From Flavobacteriales bacterium (GTDB lineage: Bacteria > Bacteroidota > Bacteroidia > Flavobacteriales > CAJXXR01): a DNA stretch of 64,000 nucleotides. This document shows positions 9,454 to 18,491 of this stretch, in pieces (position 1 is the stretch's first letter; each line of letters opens with the position of its first letter). The notes below the pieces were generated by a model. That model had not been told where the DNA came from. It did no database searches and saw only the letters and a list, made by a program, of their open reading frames with translations. Made by a program: the position numbers and the translations under genes. The stretch is from assembly GCA_025210805.1 (NCBI GenBank), contig JAOAQX010000007.1:180695-244694 (forward strand), given 5' to 3'.

Positions 9454-9472
9454 TTAACACCATAAATGGTAT
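9454..9472. repeat. solo W-module fragment (TTAACACCATAAATGGTAT)
   Basis: An exact 19-mer shared with 55692-55710. Related copies lie inside the S-family loci (14497-14515 reversed, 24119-24137, 24258-24276). Confidence 0.6.
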
Positions 9473-9555
9473 ATTTTTTATGCTATCTGTACGTTTCCCA
9501 AAAAGAGAATTTACTCAAGAATGAGAAACTGTTTTTTGAGACAGCGGAGGTGTTG

Positions 9556-10164
9556 CTATATCTCAAAATCTGATGTAAATAACATTTTTGAATCTAAAAC
9601 TGTATCCTCAGGGAGAATAGACAATTCCATGTCTCCCTTTACTTTCATTAATGAATCTTCATTTTTATAGTAAAAATTTTTTTGGTAGGTATTCATATTA
9701 TACCTAGGAGCTATTTCGCAATCAAAACAAGAATTAGCATTTAAATAGTATTTACCAGATATGACAACTATTTCATCTTCATATTTTCTTGTTAAAAGAT
9801 AGTAAAACAAAGGTAGTTTTCGTGGACTGATAAAGTGAAAAACAGTGTCTTTCCCATTGAAACCCCTATAAGAAAATTCGTTACCGACTCTATTCTCAAA
9901 AATACGTTCATATTGAGATCCCGCTTCATTATCAATATACAAGATATATTGAGTATAATCTTTATTGAAATAACTAAATTCACTGATATTATTCGGAAAA
10001 TTCTCTTTACGTATTATACTGAAATCCTCAATAACTAAAGAACGATCATTTTTTTCTTTTATTATCTTTAAAATGTTTCCACTCTCTGTTTCTAAGTTAT
10101 TTTTACAGGAAACCAAGGTAAGAGTAACAATAAATAAAAAGTGCTTTATAAAGTTTTTAAACAT
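9556..10164 (-). CDS. hypothetical lipoprotein
   Basis: 202-aa ORF with the lipobox-like sequence LTLVSCKNN after a hydrophobic leader. Confidence 0.45.
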   Translation of the reverse strand: MFKNFIKHFLFIVTLTLVSCKNNLETESGNILKIIKEKNDRSLVIEDFSIIRKENFPNNISEFSYFNKDYTQYILYIDNEAGSQYERIFENRVGNEFSYRGFNGKDTVFHFISPRKLPLFYYLLTRKYEDEIVVISGKYYLNANSCFDCEIAPRYNMNTYQKNFYYKNEDSLMKVKGDMELSILPEDTVLDSKMLFTSDFEI

Positions 10165-10397
10165 GATTAGTTATAATTAATTGGAGTATAAATCGAAAAT
10201 AAAACCTGTATCAAAATAAGTCCTAAAATTACGAAAGCAAGAATATAAATCCACTTTTGGATATAAATTTTTAGCAGTTTAAAATGAAGCCCCTAACTTT
10301 ATCAAAATTAAGATTGGCTGAAAAGGAAAATGATAAAAATAGTAATGATTACAAACATATAGTTATATCATTTTACGTACCGACTTCCAATTAAAAA

Positions 10398-10790
10398 CTA
10401 CCGTTTAGATTGCTTATACCTTTCTAACCAAAAATGTGCATTTCTTGCATTGGTGTCCAATGGCATATATGAGTTCATCTCATTGTAAAAAAAGACATTA
10501 ATTAAGCTATCATTCCTAAATTGATATACATGATAGTCTCCACTATGCTTTTCAATTGAGTCTGAAACTTTCAGGGCATCATAAATATCTTTAGTTACAT
10601 AAACTACTTCATTACCATCCTGAAGAATAGCTTTAAACGCTCCATGATCCATTTTGTCATAATACAAACGTTTTACAACTCCATTAAATGACTTTTCTCC
10701 GTGATCTTTAATCTGTGTACCTATCGGGTTATTACAGGAAATAAAGCTAATTCCTAGTAATAATGTGATTAATCGAATTTCCATATCCAT
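10398..10790 (-). CDS. hypothetical lipoprotein (paralog of 10853..11224)
   Basis: 130-aa ORF with the lipobox-like sequence GISFISCNN. It aligns by eye with the neighbouring gene (DKMDHGAF / DKRNHATQ, SDSIEKHSG / GDSIVKKKG, YMPLDTN / YYPIDTN). Confidence 0.45.
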   Translation of the reverse strand: MDMEIRLITLLLGISFISCNNPIGTQIKDHGEKSFNGVVKRLYYDKMDHGAFKAILQDGNEVVYVTKDIYDALKVSDSIEKHSGDYHVYQFRNDSLINVFFYNEMNSYMPLDTNARNAHFWLERYKQSKR

Positions 10791-10852
10791 GTTCTACTTT
10801 CTGAAATTGAAAAATTTAATGCTCCGTGTTTTTATTGGGGGGAGCTGGGGAT

Positions 10853-11224
10853 TTACTGAGTGTTTTCGTTAGCGGGGGAGTAGTTCGTATCAATTGGATA
10901 ATAACTACTAAAACTGTTATAAGCAATAAGTTTTAGTTTTGACATCCTATAACGTTCGATTGTATAAAATCCTTTTTTTTTAACAATAGAATCGCCTATC
11001 TCTATTTGGTCGAAAAGAGGAGTTGGTAAATCATACTTTCTTGAACCCACCAATAAAGTCTGTGTAGCATGATTTCTCTTGTCTATGAATTTATCTACCA
11101 CAACACCTTCATATTGCTGTCTTGAAACAAATTCCATCATTCTTTCCTTCTTATCACAAGAAACGCAAAAGGACATTGATATAATCAAAATATTTATACT
11201 TTTCTTTAAAAATCCCTTATCCAT
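10853..11224 (-). CDS. hypothetical lipoprotein (paralog of 10398..10790)
   Basis: The track ORF starts at TTG 11230. The in-frame ATG at 11224 gives MDKGFLKKSINILIISMSFCVSCDKK (lipobox-like). Confidence 0.45.
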   Translation of the reverse strand: MDKGFLKKSINILIISMSFCVSCDKKERMMEFVSRQQYEGVVVDKFIDKRNHATQTLLVGSRKYDLPTPLFDQIEIGDSIVKKKGFYTIERYRMSKLKLIAYNSFSSYYPIDTNYSPANENTQ

Positions 11225-11456
11225 ATTCAATACCTATTATTTGTTAATCCCTCACTTACTTCATTTCACTCATAATAAGTTTTATAATGCAACATTTTAC
11301 CAGTAAAGCAACACCATAGATGATATAAACTCATAGTAATCAAAATATAACCACTTTGATAATGATACTAAATTAACGATTTTTCCAAAAACAAAAAAAC
11401 CACCAATGAGAGTCTAGTTTCCTAATTAGTGGTTTTTTTAAAAGTTTATTCATGCA

Positions 11457-13748
11457 TTATTGAGCATCACGCATAGGATTATAGCTTTTTCTTTTCTTCT
11501 TGAAAATTTCGAATCTTGAAGCCTCCTTTTTACTTGGCCAGTGGTTGTTATTTCTATCTACATCGGCTGTTTCTAAGAAAGGATCTAGCTCTATTTGAGT
11601 AACTTTTTTGGTAAACCAAAAGGTTTTTGTTCCTTTTACGTTGTCCTTTACCCAAAACTCTGCGGGAACATATTTGGTTTCTTTGCTTCCGTCTTCAAAA
11701 GTAAATTCCAAAATTATGGGCATGACCAAACCTCCAATATTTTCAAAGTCCATTGCATAGTAATAGAACTCATTTTCTAGCATCGTTTTTTGATACGCTT
11801 CTAAGTGGTTCATATTCGTCTCATGAGCTTCTAAATCGCTTTTAGATGGTTTATCCGCATCATAATCATTATAGAAGTCTCTAAGTTCTGGATAGCGTTC
11901 TAAACGTGTTTTTTCGGTTCTTTTTTTGTTTCTAGAATAGGTAATTTCTTTGTTTCTTAATGTTTCCTTGTCTTCCTTTATGTGTTGATAAGCCTCTTTA
12001 GGTGATTCCTTCTTTACTGAGGTCTCTCTTACATCATTTAGTGCAATATCCACATGTTCATTGGTAAAAAACCATCCTCTCCAGAACCAGTCTAAATCCA
12101 CTCCCGAAGCATCTTCCATGGTTCTGAAAAAATCGGCAGGTGAAGGGTGTTTAAACATCCAACGCTGTGCATAGGTCTTAAAAGCATGATCAAACAGTTC
12201 TCTTCCCATAATCGTTTCTCTAAGGATATTGAGTGCAGTGGCAGGTTTTCCATAAGCATTATTCCCAAACTGTAGTAATGACTCAGAATTGGTCATAATA
12301 GGCATAATATTACTTTTTTCTCCTTTCATATAGCCCACAATTTTGTGTGCAGGTCCACGACGTGAAGGATAATCTAAATCCCAATCTTGTTCTGTAAGAA
12401 ACTGTAAAAAAGTGTTTAAACCTTCATCCATCCAAGTCCATTGTCTTTCATCGGAGTTGATAATCATTGGGAAATAATTATGACCTACTTCATGGATAAT
12501 TACGGAGATCATTCCGTATTTTGTTCTCGCCGAATACGTTCCATCGGCTTCGGGTCTTCCTCCATTAAAACAGATCATTGGGTATTCCATCCCGATACTT
12601 TTTGTGTGAACAGAAATGGCTACAGGATAAGGGTAGTCAAAGGTATGACGTGAGTAGGTTTCCAAGGTTTGGGCTACAGCATGAGTAGAGTATTTTTCCC
12701 AAAGCGGATTTCCCTCTTTTGGGTAAAAAGACATGGCTAATACATCTTTTGTTTGCTGTTTTACTGCCATGGCATCCCAAATAAATTTTCTGGACGAAGC
12801 AAATGCAAAATCTCTTACATTTTTCGCTTTAAAATGCCATGTTTTATTTCTTGTTGCTTTTTCCTTTTCGTTTTCTATTGCTTCTTCTTCGGTTACAATA
12901 AAAACAGGCTTGTCATAGGTTTTCTTGGCTTTATTAAAACGGTTGAGTTGCTTTTTTGTAAGTACAGATTTTGCGTTTTGCAACACACCCGTAGCCGATA
13001 CAATATGATCAGAAGGAACCTTTATTTTTACATCATAATTTCCAAAAGGAAGTGCAAATTCACCATTACCTAAAAATTGTTTGTTTTGCCATCCTTCAAT
13101 ATCAGAATACACACACATTCTTGGAAAAAACTGTGCAATGGTATAAAGGTAATTATCTTCTTTTTTGAAGTATTCCAAACCAGACCGACCACCTAGTTTA
13201 TCTCTGTCATTTATATTATAGTTCCACTTTATTTTGAACTTATATTTTTGTCCTGGCTTCAATGGTTTTACTAAGTCTATACGCATCATCGTTTTGTTGA
13301 TGGTATAATCCAATTTTTTACCCGATGCACTAGTAACTTGCTCTATTTTAAAACCTCCATCAAACTCCGTATGCATCCTTTTAAGGTAATAAGAATGTGT
13401 TTTGGAACTAAAATTCATTCGAGCAGCCATTTTACTATCCGAATCTTTTTTACGGATATTTTGATCTAGCTGTAGCCAAAGATATTCTAGATTGTCAGGT
13501 GAATTATTGACATATTCTATGGTTTCGTCTCCTTTTATAGATTGGTTTTCGTCATCCAGTTCAATACTCATCCAGTAGTGAGCATTGTTTTGGTAATACT
13601 GGTGTCCTGGTGCTCCACTTGCCGCTCTATACACATTGGGTGTTGCAAGTTCTTGTTTAAGCTGTTTAAACTTATTATTGTTATAAAACTGGTTTTGACC
13701 AAATGCAATACTTACTGCAAAAAGAGATAAAAAGAAAAGATTCTTCAT
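11457..13748 (-). CDS. M1-family zinc metallopeptidase (aminopeptidase N-like)
   Basis: 763 aa with a signal peptide. It carries the gluzincin signature HEVGH-X18-E (IIHEVGHNYFPMIINSDERQWTWMDEG). Confidence 0.9.
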   Translation of the reverse strand: MKNLFFLSLFAVSIAFGQNQFYNNNKFKQLKQELATPNVYRAASGAPGHQYYQNNAHYWMSIELDDENQSIKGDETIEYVNNSPDNLEYLWLQLDQNIRKKDSDSKMAARMNFSSKTHSYYLKRMHTEFDGGFKIEQVTSASGKKLDYTINKTMMRIDLVKPLKPGQKYKFKIKWNYNINDRDKLGGRSGLEYFKKEDNYLYTIAQFFPRMCVYSDIEGWQNKQFLGNGEFALPFGNYDVKIKVPSDHIVSATGVLQNAKSVLTKKQLNRFNKAKKTYDKPVFIVTEEEAIENEKEKATRNKTWHFKAKNVRDFAFASSRKFIWDAMAVKQQTKDVLAMSFYPKEGNPLWEKYSTHAVAQTLETYSRHTFDYPYPVAISVHTKSIGMEYPMICFNGGRPEADGTYSARTKYGMISVIIHEVGHNYFPMIINSDERQWTWMDEGLNTFLQFLTEQDWDLDYPSRRGPAHKIVGYMKGEKSNIMPIMTNSESLLQFGNNAYGKPATALNILRETIMGRELFDHAFKTYAQRWMFKHPSPADFFRTMEDASGVDLDWFWRGWFFTNEHVDIALNDVRETSVKKESPKEAYQHIKEDKETLRNKEITYSRNKKRTEKTRLERYPELRDFYNDYDADKPSKSDLEAHETNMNHLEAYQKTMLENEFYYYAMDFENIGGLVMPIILEFTFEDGSKETKYVPAEFWVKDNVKGTKTFWFTKKVTQIELDPFLETADVDRNNNHWPSKKEASRFEIFKKKRKSYNPMRDAQ

Positions 13749-13756
13749 AAGTGAGC

Positions 13757-14266
13757 TTATTTAAGTTCGAAAGTATGATGGGTATTGATCCCATTAAAAT
13801 AAAAGGTATTGTTTTTACTTTGAGGAGATTTTTTGAAATGAACAATATTTCTTTGATCACTATAATGAGCTATTAAAATAGTATTTACTACTTCTATTGC
13901 TTCAGCTTTTTTGACTCCTTTGAATTCAAAATAAATAAAAGAATTTCCATCTAAATGTTCTTCTTTCCCAACAAAAATAGGAGAGAGTTTCACTCCGTTT
14001 TGAAAAACTTTTAAATGAGATCCAAAATAATCTGACAGACATATATCTGCTTGACCTACAAAACGACTTTGTTGAATACTTTTCTCACAAGTGGTTCCCA
14101 TTTTCTTAAATGCCACCTCTAAATCGTGAGTATGAACTTTTATACTCATCTCCAATGTCCCTTTTTGTTCATTATAATCTATTTCTGTAATAGAAAAATA
14201 ATAATCATGAGCAAAAGAAAATTGCGCTAATAGCAACCATGCTAAAGCTAAATACCACCTTTTCAT
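13757..14266 (-). CDS. hypothetical secreted protein (DUF6702-like)
   Basis: The track start is TTG 14293. The ATG at 14266 gives MKRWYLALAWLLLAQFSFAHDYYFS, and a CAAATATA -7 box lies 16 nt upstream. The family call is from memory only. It is co-oriented with the M1 peptidase with a 9-nt gap. Confidence 0.5.
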   Translation of the reverse strand: MKRWYLALAWLLLAQFSFAHDYYFSITEIDYNEQKGTLEMSIKVHTHDLEVAFKKMGTTCEKSIQQSRFVGQADICLSDYFGSHLKVFQNGVKLSPIFVGKEEHLDGNSFIYFEFKGVKKAEAIEVVNTILIAHYSDQRNIVHFKKSPQSKNNTFYFNGINTHHTFELK

Positions 14267-14281
14267 ATTGTAAGTTTTCCC

Positions 14282-14289
14282 CAAATATA
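14282..14289 (-). promoter_or_regulatory. candidate Bacteroidota -7 promoter box (TAnnTTTG)
   Basis: The plus strand reads CAAATATA, which is TATATTTG on the minus strand. It lies 16 nt upstream of ATG 14266. Confidence 0.4.
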
Positions 14290-14496
14290 ACAAAGCTAGA
14301 GGAAAAGCTTAAAAACATCTTGTTAATATTCATAAAATCCCTATTACAAATTGTAATAAAAAGACTTGTCGAGTGTTTTTGGAATTTGGTCTATGAAAAA
14401 CGAGTCTAAATATATTGTATTGTAAATGATTCAAATAAAGAATGAAATTAGCAATATGCACCAAGGTTGATAATCACAAATTTCGAAATTATATCA

Positions 14497-14683
14497 TTTT
14501 ATGGTGTTAATTTACTCACAGTTATAAGCCCTCCCGAAAAGTCGGGACAAGCTATTTGAAGGGAAGGGGGATGTTACACAAAGTAAACACCTATAAAAAG
14601 AAACTAAAGAAATGCTATTTCGATTATGAAACAAGATGCAACATCCCCCTTACCCCCTTCAAAGGGGGATTTGAATTCCAGAG
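14497..14683. repeat. S-family composite repeat, locus 1
   Basis: W module (reversed) at 14497-14515. Hairpin module CCCTCCCGAAAAGTCGGGACAAGCTAT at 14529-14555. G5-rich inverted repeats at 14556-14578 and 14637-14662 flank a 58-bp core. Confidence 0.85.
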
Positions 14684-14830
14684 TTGTTCTTACTTTTCAG
14701 GAGGAGGATTAAGAGATGTTCTACAACGAAAAACTCCGAAAAAGGAACAAAATATATGGGCAAATTAACAACGTAAACGGTATTATATCGTGTTTTCAAC
14801 CCTTGGTAACATAATTAAAAAAACAAAGCC

Positions 14831-15670
14831 ATGAAAACACTTTTATTACCCCTCTGTTTGATTTTTGGATGGACACTATCTAGCAATGCTCAAAGTACAC
14901 TTGAAGGTACTGCTTATTACACCGTTAAATCAAAAGTTATTATCGATTTTTCAAATATGAAGGCTCCACCTGAAAGACAAAAACGCATAAAAGGGATGCT
15001 CAATGAAGCGTCTATGAAACAATATGTTTTACAATTTGATTCAAAAGGAAGATCACTTTATACAAAACCCAATAATGAAAGTGCTGAAAGTGCCTCATCT
15101 AGCCATAGAGCAAAAAGAATGGCAATGATGAGCACTTTACTCAACCAAGGAAGTTCTCAATACTTTGTAGATACGAAAGCTCAACAAACAATTGATAAAC
15201 GCGAGATGTATGGTAAAACATTTTCTATACAGAATGCACTAGGCAATTTTGAATGGGAGATTACGGGTGAAACAAAAAAAATAGGAAAATATACTTGTGT
15301 CAAAGCATTGGCAAAAACGAAAGAATATCCTCCATTTGAGCCAAAATTTGGCAAAAAACGGTCAGAAAAACAAAAAATTGAGCAAATAGAGAGTGAAATC
15401 ATTGCTTGGTTTACCTTAGATATTCCTGTTCCTTATGGACCTGACAAATTCAATGGACTACCAGGTTTAATATTGGAATTAAAAACGAACAGTCTTACTT
15501 TTCTTTGTTCTAAAGTTCAATTAAATAGTCAAGAAGCCAAAGAAATAGAAAAACCCAAAGGAGGCAAAAAGATCAGTAAATCAGAATACGATGCACTTTT
15601 TGTAAAGAAAACAAAAGAGATTGAACAACAGATGAAAAATAGACGCAGATCACACCAAAGAAGAAAATAA
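14831..15670 (+). CDS. GLPGLI family protein
   Basis: 279 aa with a signal peptide and the eponymous motif FNGLPGLILELK. Confidence 0.85.
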   Translation: MKTLLLPLCLIFGWTLSSNAQSTLEGTAYYTVKSKVIIDFSNMKAPPERQKRIKGMLNEASMKQYVLQFDSKGRSLYTKPNNESAESASSSHRAKRMAMMSTLLNQGSSQYFVDTKAQQTIDKREMYGKTFSIQNALGNFEWEITGETKKIGKYTCVKALAKTKEYPPFEPKFGKKRSEKQKIEQIESEIIAWFTLDIPVPYGPDKFNGLPGLILELKTNSLTFLCSKVQLNSQEAKEIEKPKGGKKISKSEYDALFVKKTKEIEQQMKNRRRSHQRRK

Positions 15671-15703
15671 TTTAGAGGAAGATTTACACTAAAATACAAC
15701 GAT

Positions 15704-18403
15704 ATGAAATATCAATTCGTCTATATAGTAATGTTTCTATTTTTTGCCAATTCTTACGCTCAAAACCACATTACATTTACAGGGCATGTATTGGATGAAA
15801 ATGGAAAACCGCTTCCTTCAGCTAATTTAATGAGCTTTAAAAAAGGGGAAAGCAAAATGGAAAGTTTTGGAATTACTGATCTAAATGGCCGTTTTAAACT
15901 ACGCCTAAACGCTCATGAAACTTATCTTGTCAAAACGAGTTTTATCGGTTATATATCAGATAGTTTAATAATAAACACTACTACACAGCCCATTCAAAAA
16001 GATCTTATTCTGAAAGAACAAAATGCCACTCTGGGTGAGGTGGAACTTGTGGAAAATATTCCCATAATGGTAAAAGGAGATTCCATAGTTTATCATGCTG
16101 ATGACTTCACAAACGGAACAGAAAAAAAACTAGGAGATATTTTGGAAAACTTACCAGGAGTAGAAGTAAATGAGGATGGAGAAGTGGAAGTAGAAGGAAA
16201 AACAGTACAAACGGTGCTTGTTGAGGGAAAAAAATTCTTTGACGGTGATTCTAAAATTGCCGTAGAAAATATTCCTTCAGATGCGGTTTCTAAAATAGAG
16301 GTTCTCAAGAATTTTTCTGATATTAAACAACTCCAAAATGTAAGAAATAACCAAGATAATATCGCATTAAACATCAAACTAAAAGAAGGTAAAAAGAACT
16401 TTTGGTTTGGAGATATTTCGGCAGGAATAGGTTACGAAAATAGGTATATTGTGAACCCAAAATTATTCTATTATAGCCCGAAATTGAGCGTAAACGTACT
16501 CACAAACTTTAATAATAATGGAGATATTCCATTCACCAGACGAGATTTTTTTAGATTCACAGGAGGAATACAAGGTCGTAATCAGGGAACTTCATTAGCA
16601 CTAAGCTCAGATAATTTGGGTTTTTCGAGTATGAAAAACAACAGAGCCGAAGAAATAGGAACGCAGTTTGGTGCGCTAAATTTGGATTATGAGTTCAATG
16701 AAAAATTGCGTTTAAACACTTTCTTTGTTTATAGTGGAAATCAAACAGATATGAGAGAAGCTAAAACCAGTCTTTTTCTTAAAGATCAAGAGCTTGAACG
16801 CTCTAATAGAATCACTCATCAAGAAAATACATTAGCACTAGGAAAAGTAAGTTTAGTGTATAAAAAAGATGAAAACCTACAGATAAATTATACCCTTTTT
16901 GGAAAAATTTCAGATGAACAAGAAACGGTTGATATTCATTCGCAATCCTCTAAAATAGAAAATAATATCCAGGAATATAGGAATGCCGATCCCGCATCTG
17001 TCAACCAATCTTTAAATATCTACAAAACACTCGATAACCAAGATATTATCAGTATAGATATTAAACATCTTTGGTCTAAAGAAAATCCCTTTTATGAAGC
17101 AGAATTTAACAATTTAGAAAGCAATGCATCTCTACCGTTTTCAACGCTGTTTCCTTATCAAAATTTTGATATTAATATGCCTATTGGTATCGGGCAAAAT
17201 AAAAAAATAAACACAAATAAACTAGATGGTTTAATAGATTATTATTGGGTGTTTAATAAAAAACAAAATATCAGTTTCACTTTAGGTAACACTTATAGTA
17301 ATCAAAACTTTAACTCAGGTATTTTTCAATTCCAAGAACAAACAAAAATTGGTTTTTCGGATGATAAATTTAATAATGATATACTGTTTTCATTCAATGA
17401 TTTGTTTGCAGGAGTTAATTATCGACACTTGATAGGGAAGTGGTTAATCAATCCTAGCTTCACCTACCATCAATATCATATTAAAGATGAACAAAAAGGA
17501 CAATTAAACTCCAAAAATAAAGGTTTTTTATCTCCAAAACTCATGTTAGAATATCGCTTCAAAGAAAATGAAAATATTAGATTCAACTACAACCGTACGG
17601 CACATTTTGCAGATGTTTACTCCTATATAAATTCCTATGTTTTAAATAACTACAGAAGTATTTATCAAGGAAATAACGGGATTCAAAATGGTATTTATGA
17701 TACTTATAGCTTGGCATATAGCAGTTTTAGTTTTTACAATGGAACATCAGTTAATGCACAATTGAGTTATAACAGAAATCAAGATGCTATTAAAAATAAC
17801 TTTGTGTATGAGGGAATCAATGCCATTTCTTCAATAATAAACTCTTCGGTAGAGGACGAGTCTTGGACACTTAGAGGTAAAGTGGATCAATCTATTGGGA
17901 AAATAAAGCTAAACTTTAATACCAGAATTGGATTAAAAAACAACTTTAATACTTTGGAAAACAAAATAGTAGAATCAAATTCTTTTACACAACTTTATAA
18001 AGCAAGCCTAAGAACCAATTTTGATAAAGGACCTAATTTTGAAATTGGATATCAGCATAATTATGATCAATTTGACAACCATAGAAATACACAAAACTAC
18101 ACCACAAACAGACCTTTTTTGGAAGTGGAATGGAGAATAAAAGATTCTTGGACATTTCAAGCAGACTACAGCTTTTATAGATATGCACAAGAAGGTGAGG
18201 CATTGAATACTTATGATTTCCTTAATAGTAGAATTTCTTATGAAAAGAATGAGGATAGCCAATGGGAGTGGTCTTTGGGGATGACCAATTTATTGAATAC
18301 TCAACAAATAAATGCGAACTCTTTTTCTGATCAAATAAGCTCTACAACGAACTATTATGTTCAACCAAGAATGCTCATTTTTAAGGTGAATTATGCCTTA
18401 TAA
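15704..18403 (+). CDS. large outer-membrane beta-barrel protein with N-terminal carboxypeptidase-regulatory-like domain (TonB-dependent-receptor-like)
   Basis: 899 aa with a signal peptide. It has an N-terminal FTGHVLDENGKPLPSANL...DLNGRFKL CarboxypepD_reg-like fold pattern, a plug-like region and a C-terminal ...IFKVNYAL. Confidence 0.7.
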   Translation: MKYQFVYIVMFLFFANSYAQNHITFTGHVLDENGKPLPSANLMSFKKGESKMESFGITDLNGRFKLRLNAHETYLVKTSFIGYISDSLIINTTTQPIQKDLILKEQNATLGEVELVENIPIMVKGDSIVYHADDFTNGTEKKLGDILENLPGVEVNEDGEVEVEGKTVQTVLVEGKKFFDGDSKIAVENIPSDAVSKIEVLKNFSDIKQLQNVRNNQDNIALNIKLKEGKKNFWFGDISAGIGYENRYIVNPKLFYYSPKLSVNVLTNFNNNGDIPFTRRDFFRFTGGIQGRNQGTSLALSSDNLGFSSMKNNRAEEIGTQFGALNLDYEFNEKLRLNTFFVYSGNQTDMREAKTSLFLKDQELERSNRITHQENTLALGKVSLVYKKDENLQINYTLFGKISDEQETVDIHSQSSKIENNIQEYRNADPASVNQSLNIYKTLDNQDIISIDIKHLWSKENPFYEAEFNNLESNASLPFSTLFPYQNFDINMPIGIGQNKKINTNKLDGLIDYYWVFNKKQNISFTLGNTYSNQNFNSGIFQFQEQTKIGFSDDKFNNDILFSFNDLFAGVNYRHLIGKWLINPSFTYHQYHIKDEQKGQLNSKNKGFLSPKLMLEYRFKENENIRFNYNRTAHFADVYSYINSYVLNNYRSIYQGNNGIQNGIYDTYSLAYSSFSFYNGTSVNAQLSYNRNQDAIKNNFVYEGINAISSIINSSVEDESWTLRGKVDQSIGKIKLNFNTRIGLKNNFNTLENKIVESNSFTQLYKASLRTNFDKGPNFEIGYQHNYDQFDNHRNTQNYTTNRPFLEVEWRIKDSWTFQADYSFYRYAQEGEALNTYDFLNSRISYEKNEDSQWEWSLGMTNLLNTQQINANSFSDQISSTTNYYVQPRMLIFKVNYAL

Positions 18404-18433
18404 TTTACTTGAAGGTTCAATAAGGTATTAAGG

Positions 18434-18477
18434 AAAAAAAGAGCTAAATTCAATCACTATGAATTTAGCTCTTTTGT
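18434..18477. terminator. bidirectional terminator between 15704..18403(+) and asd(-)
   Basis: Stem AGAGCTAAATTC/GAATTTAGCTCT flanked by an A-run and a T-run. Confidence 0.7.
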
Positions 18478-18491
18478 TATACTAGAGATTC

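Noticed and set aside
14556-14662. Reading the inverted-repeat-bounded S-family core as a proven phase-variable invertible promoter.
   Set aside because: The two loci can equally be explained as the same composite inserted in two orientations with a separately placed hairpin module. No recombinase gene is in the window, and the core has only a weak match to the -7 box (TACTTTG, one spacer base short). It is kept as a hypothesis in the findings, not as a call.
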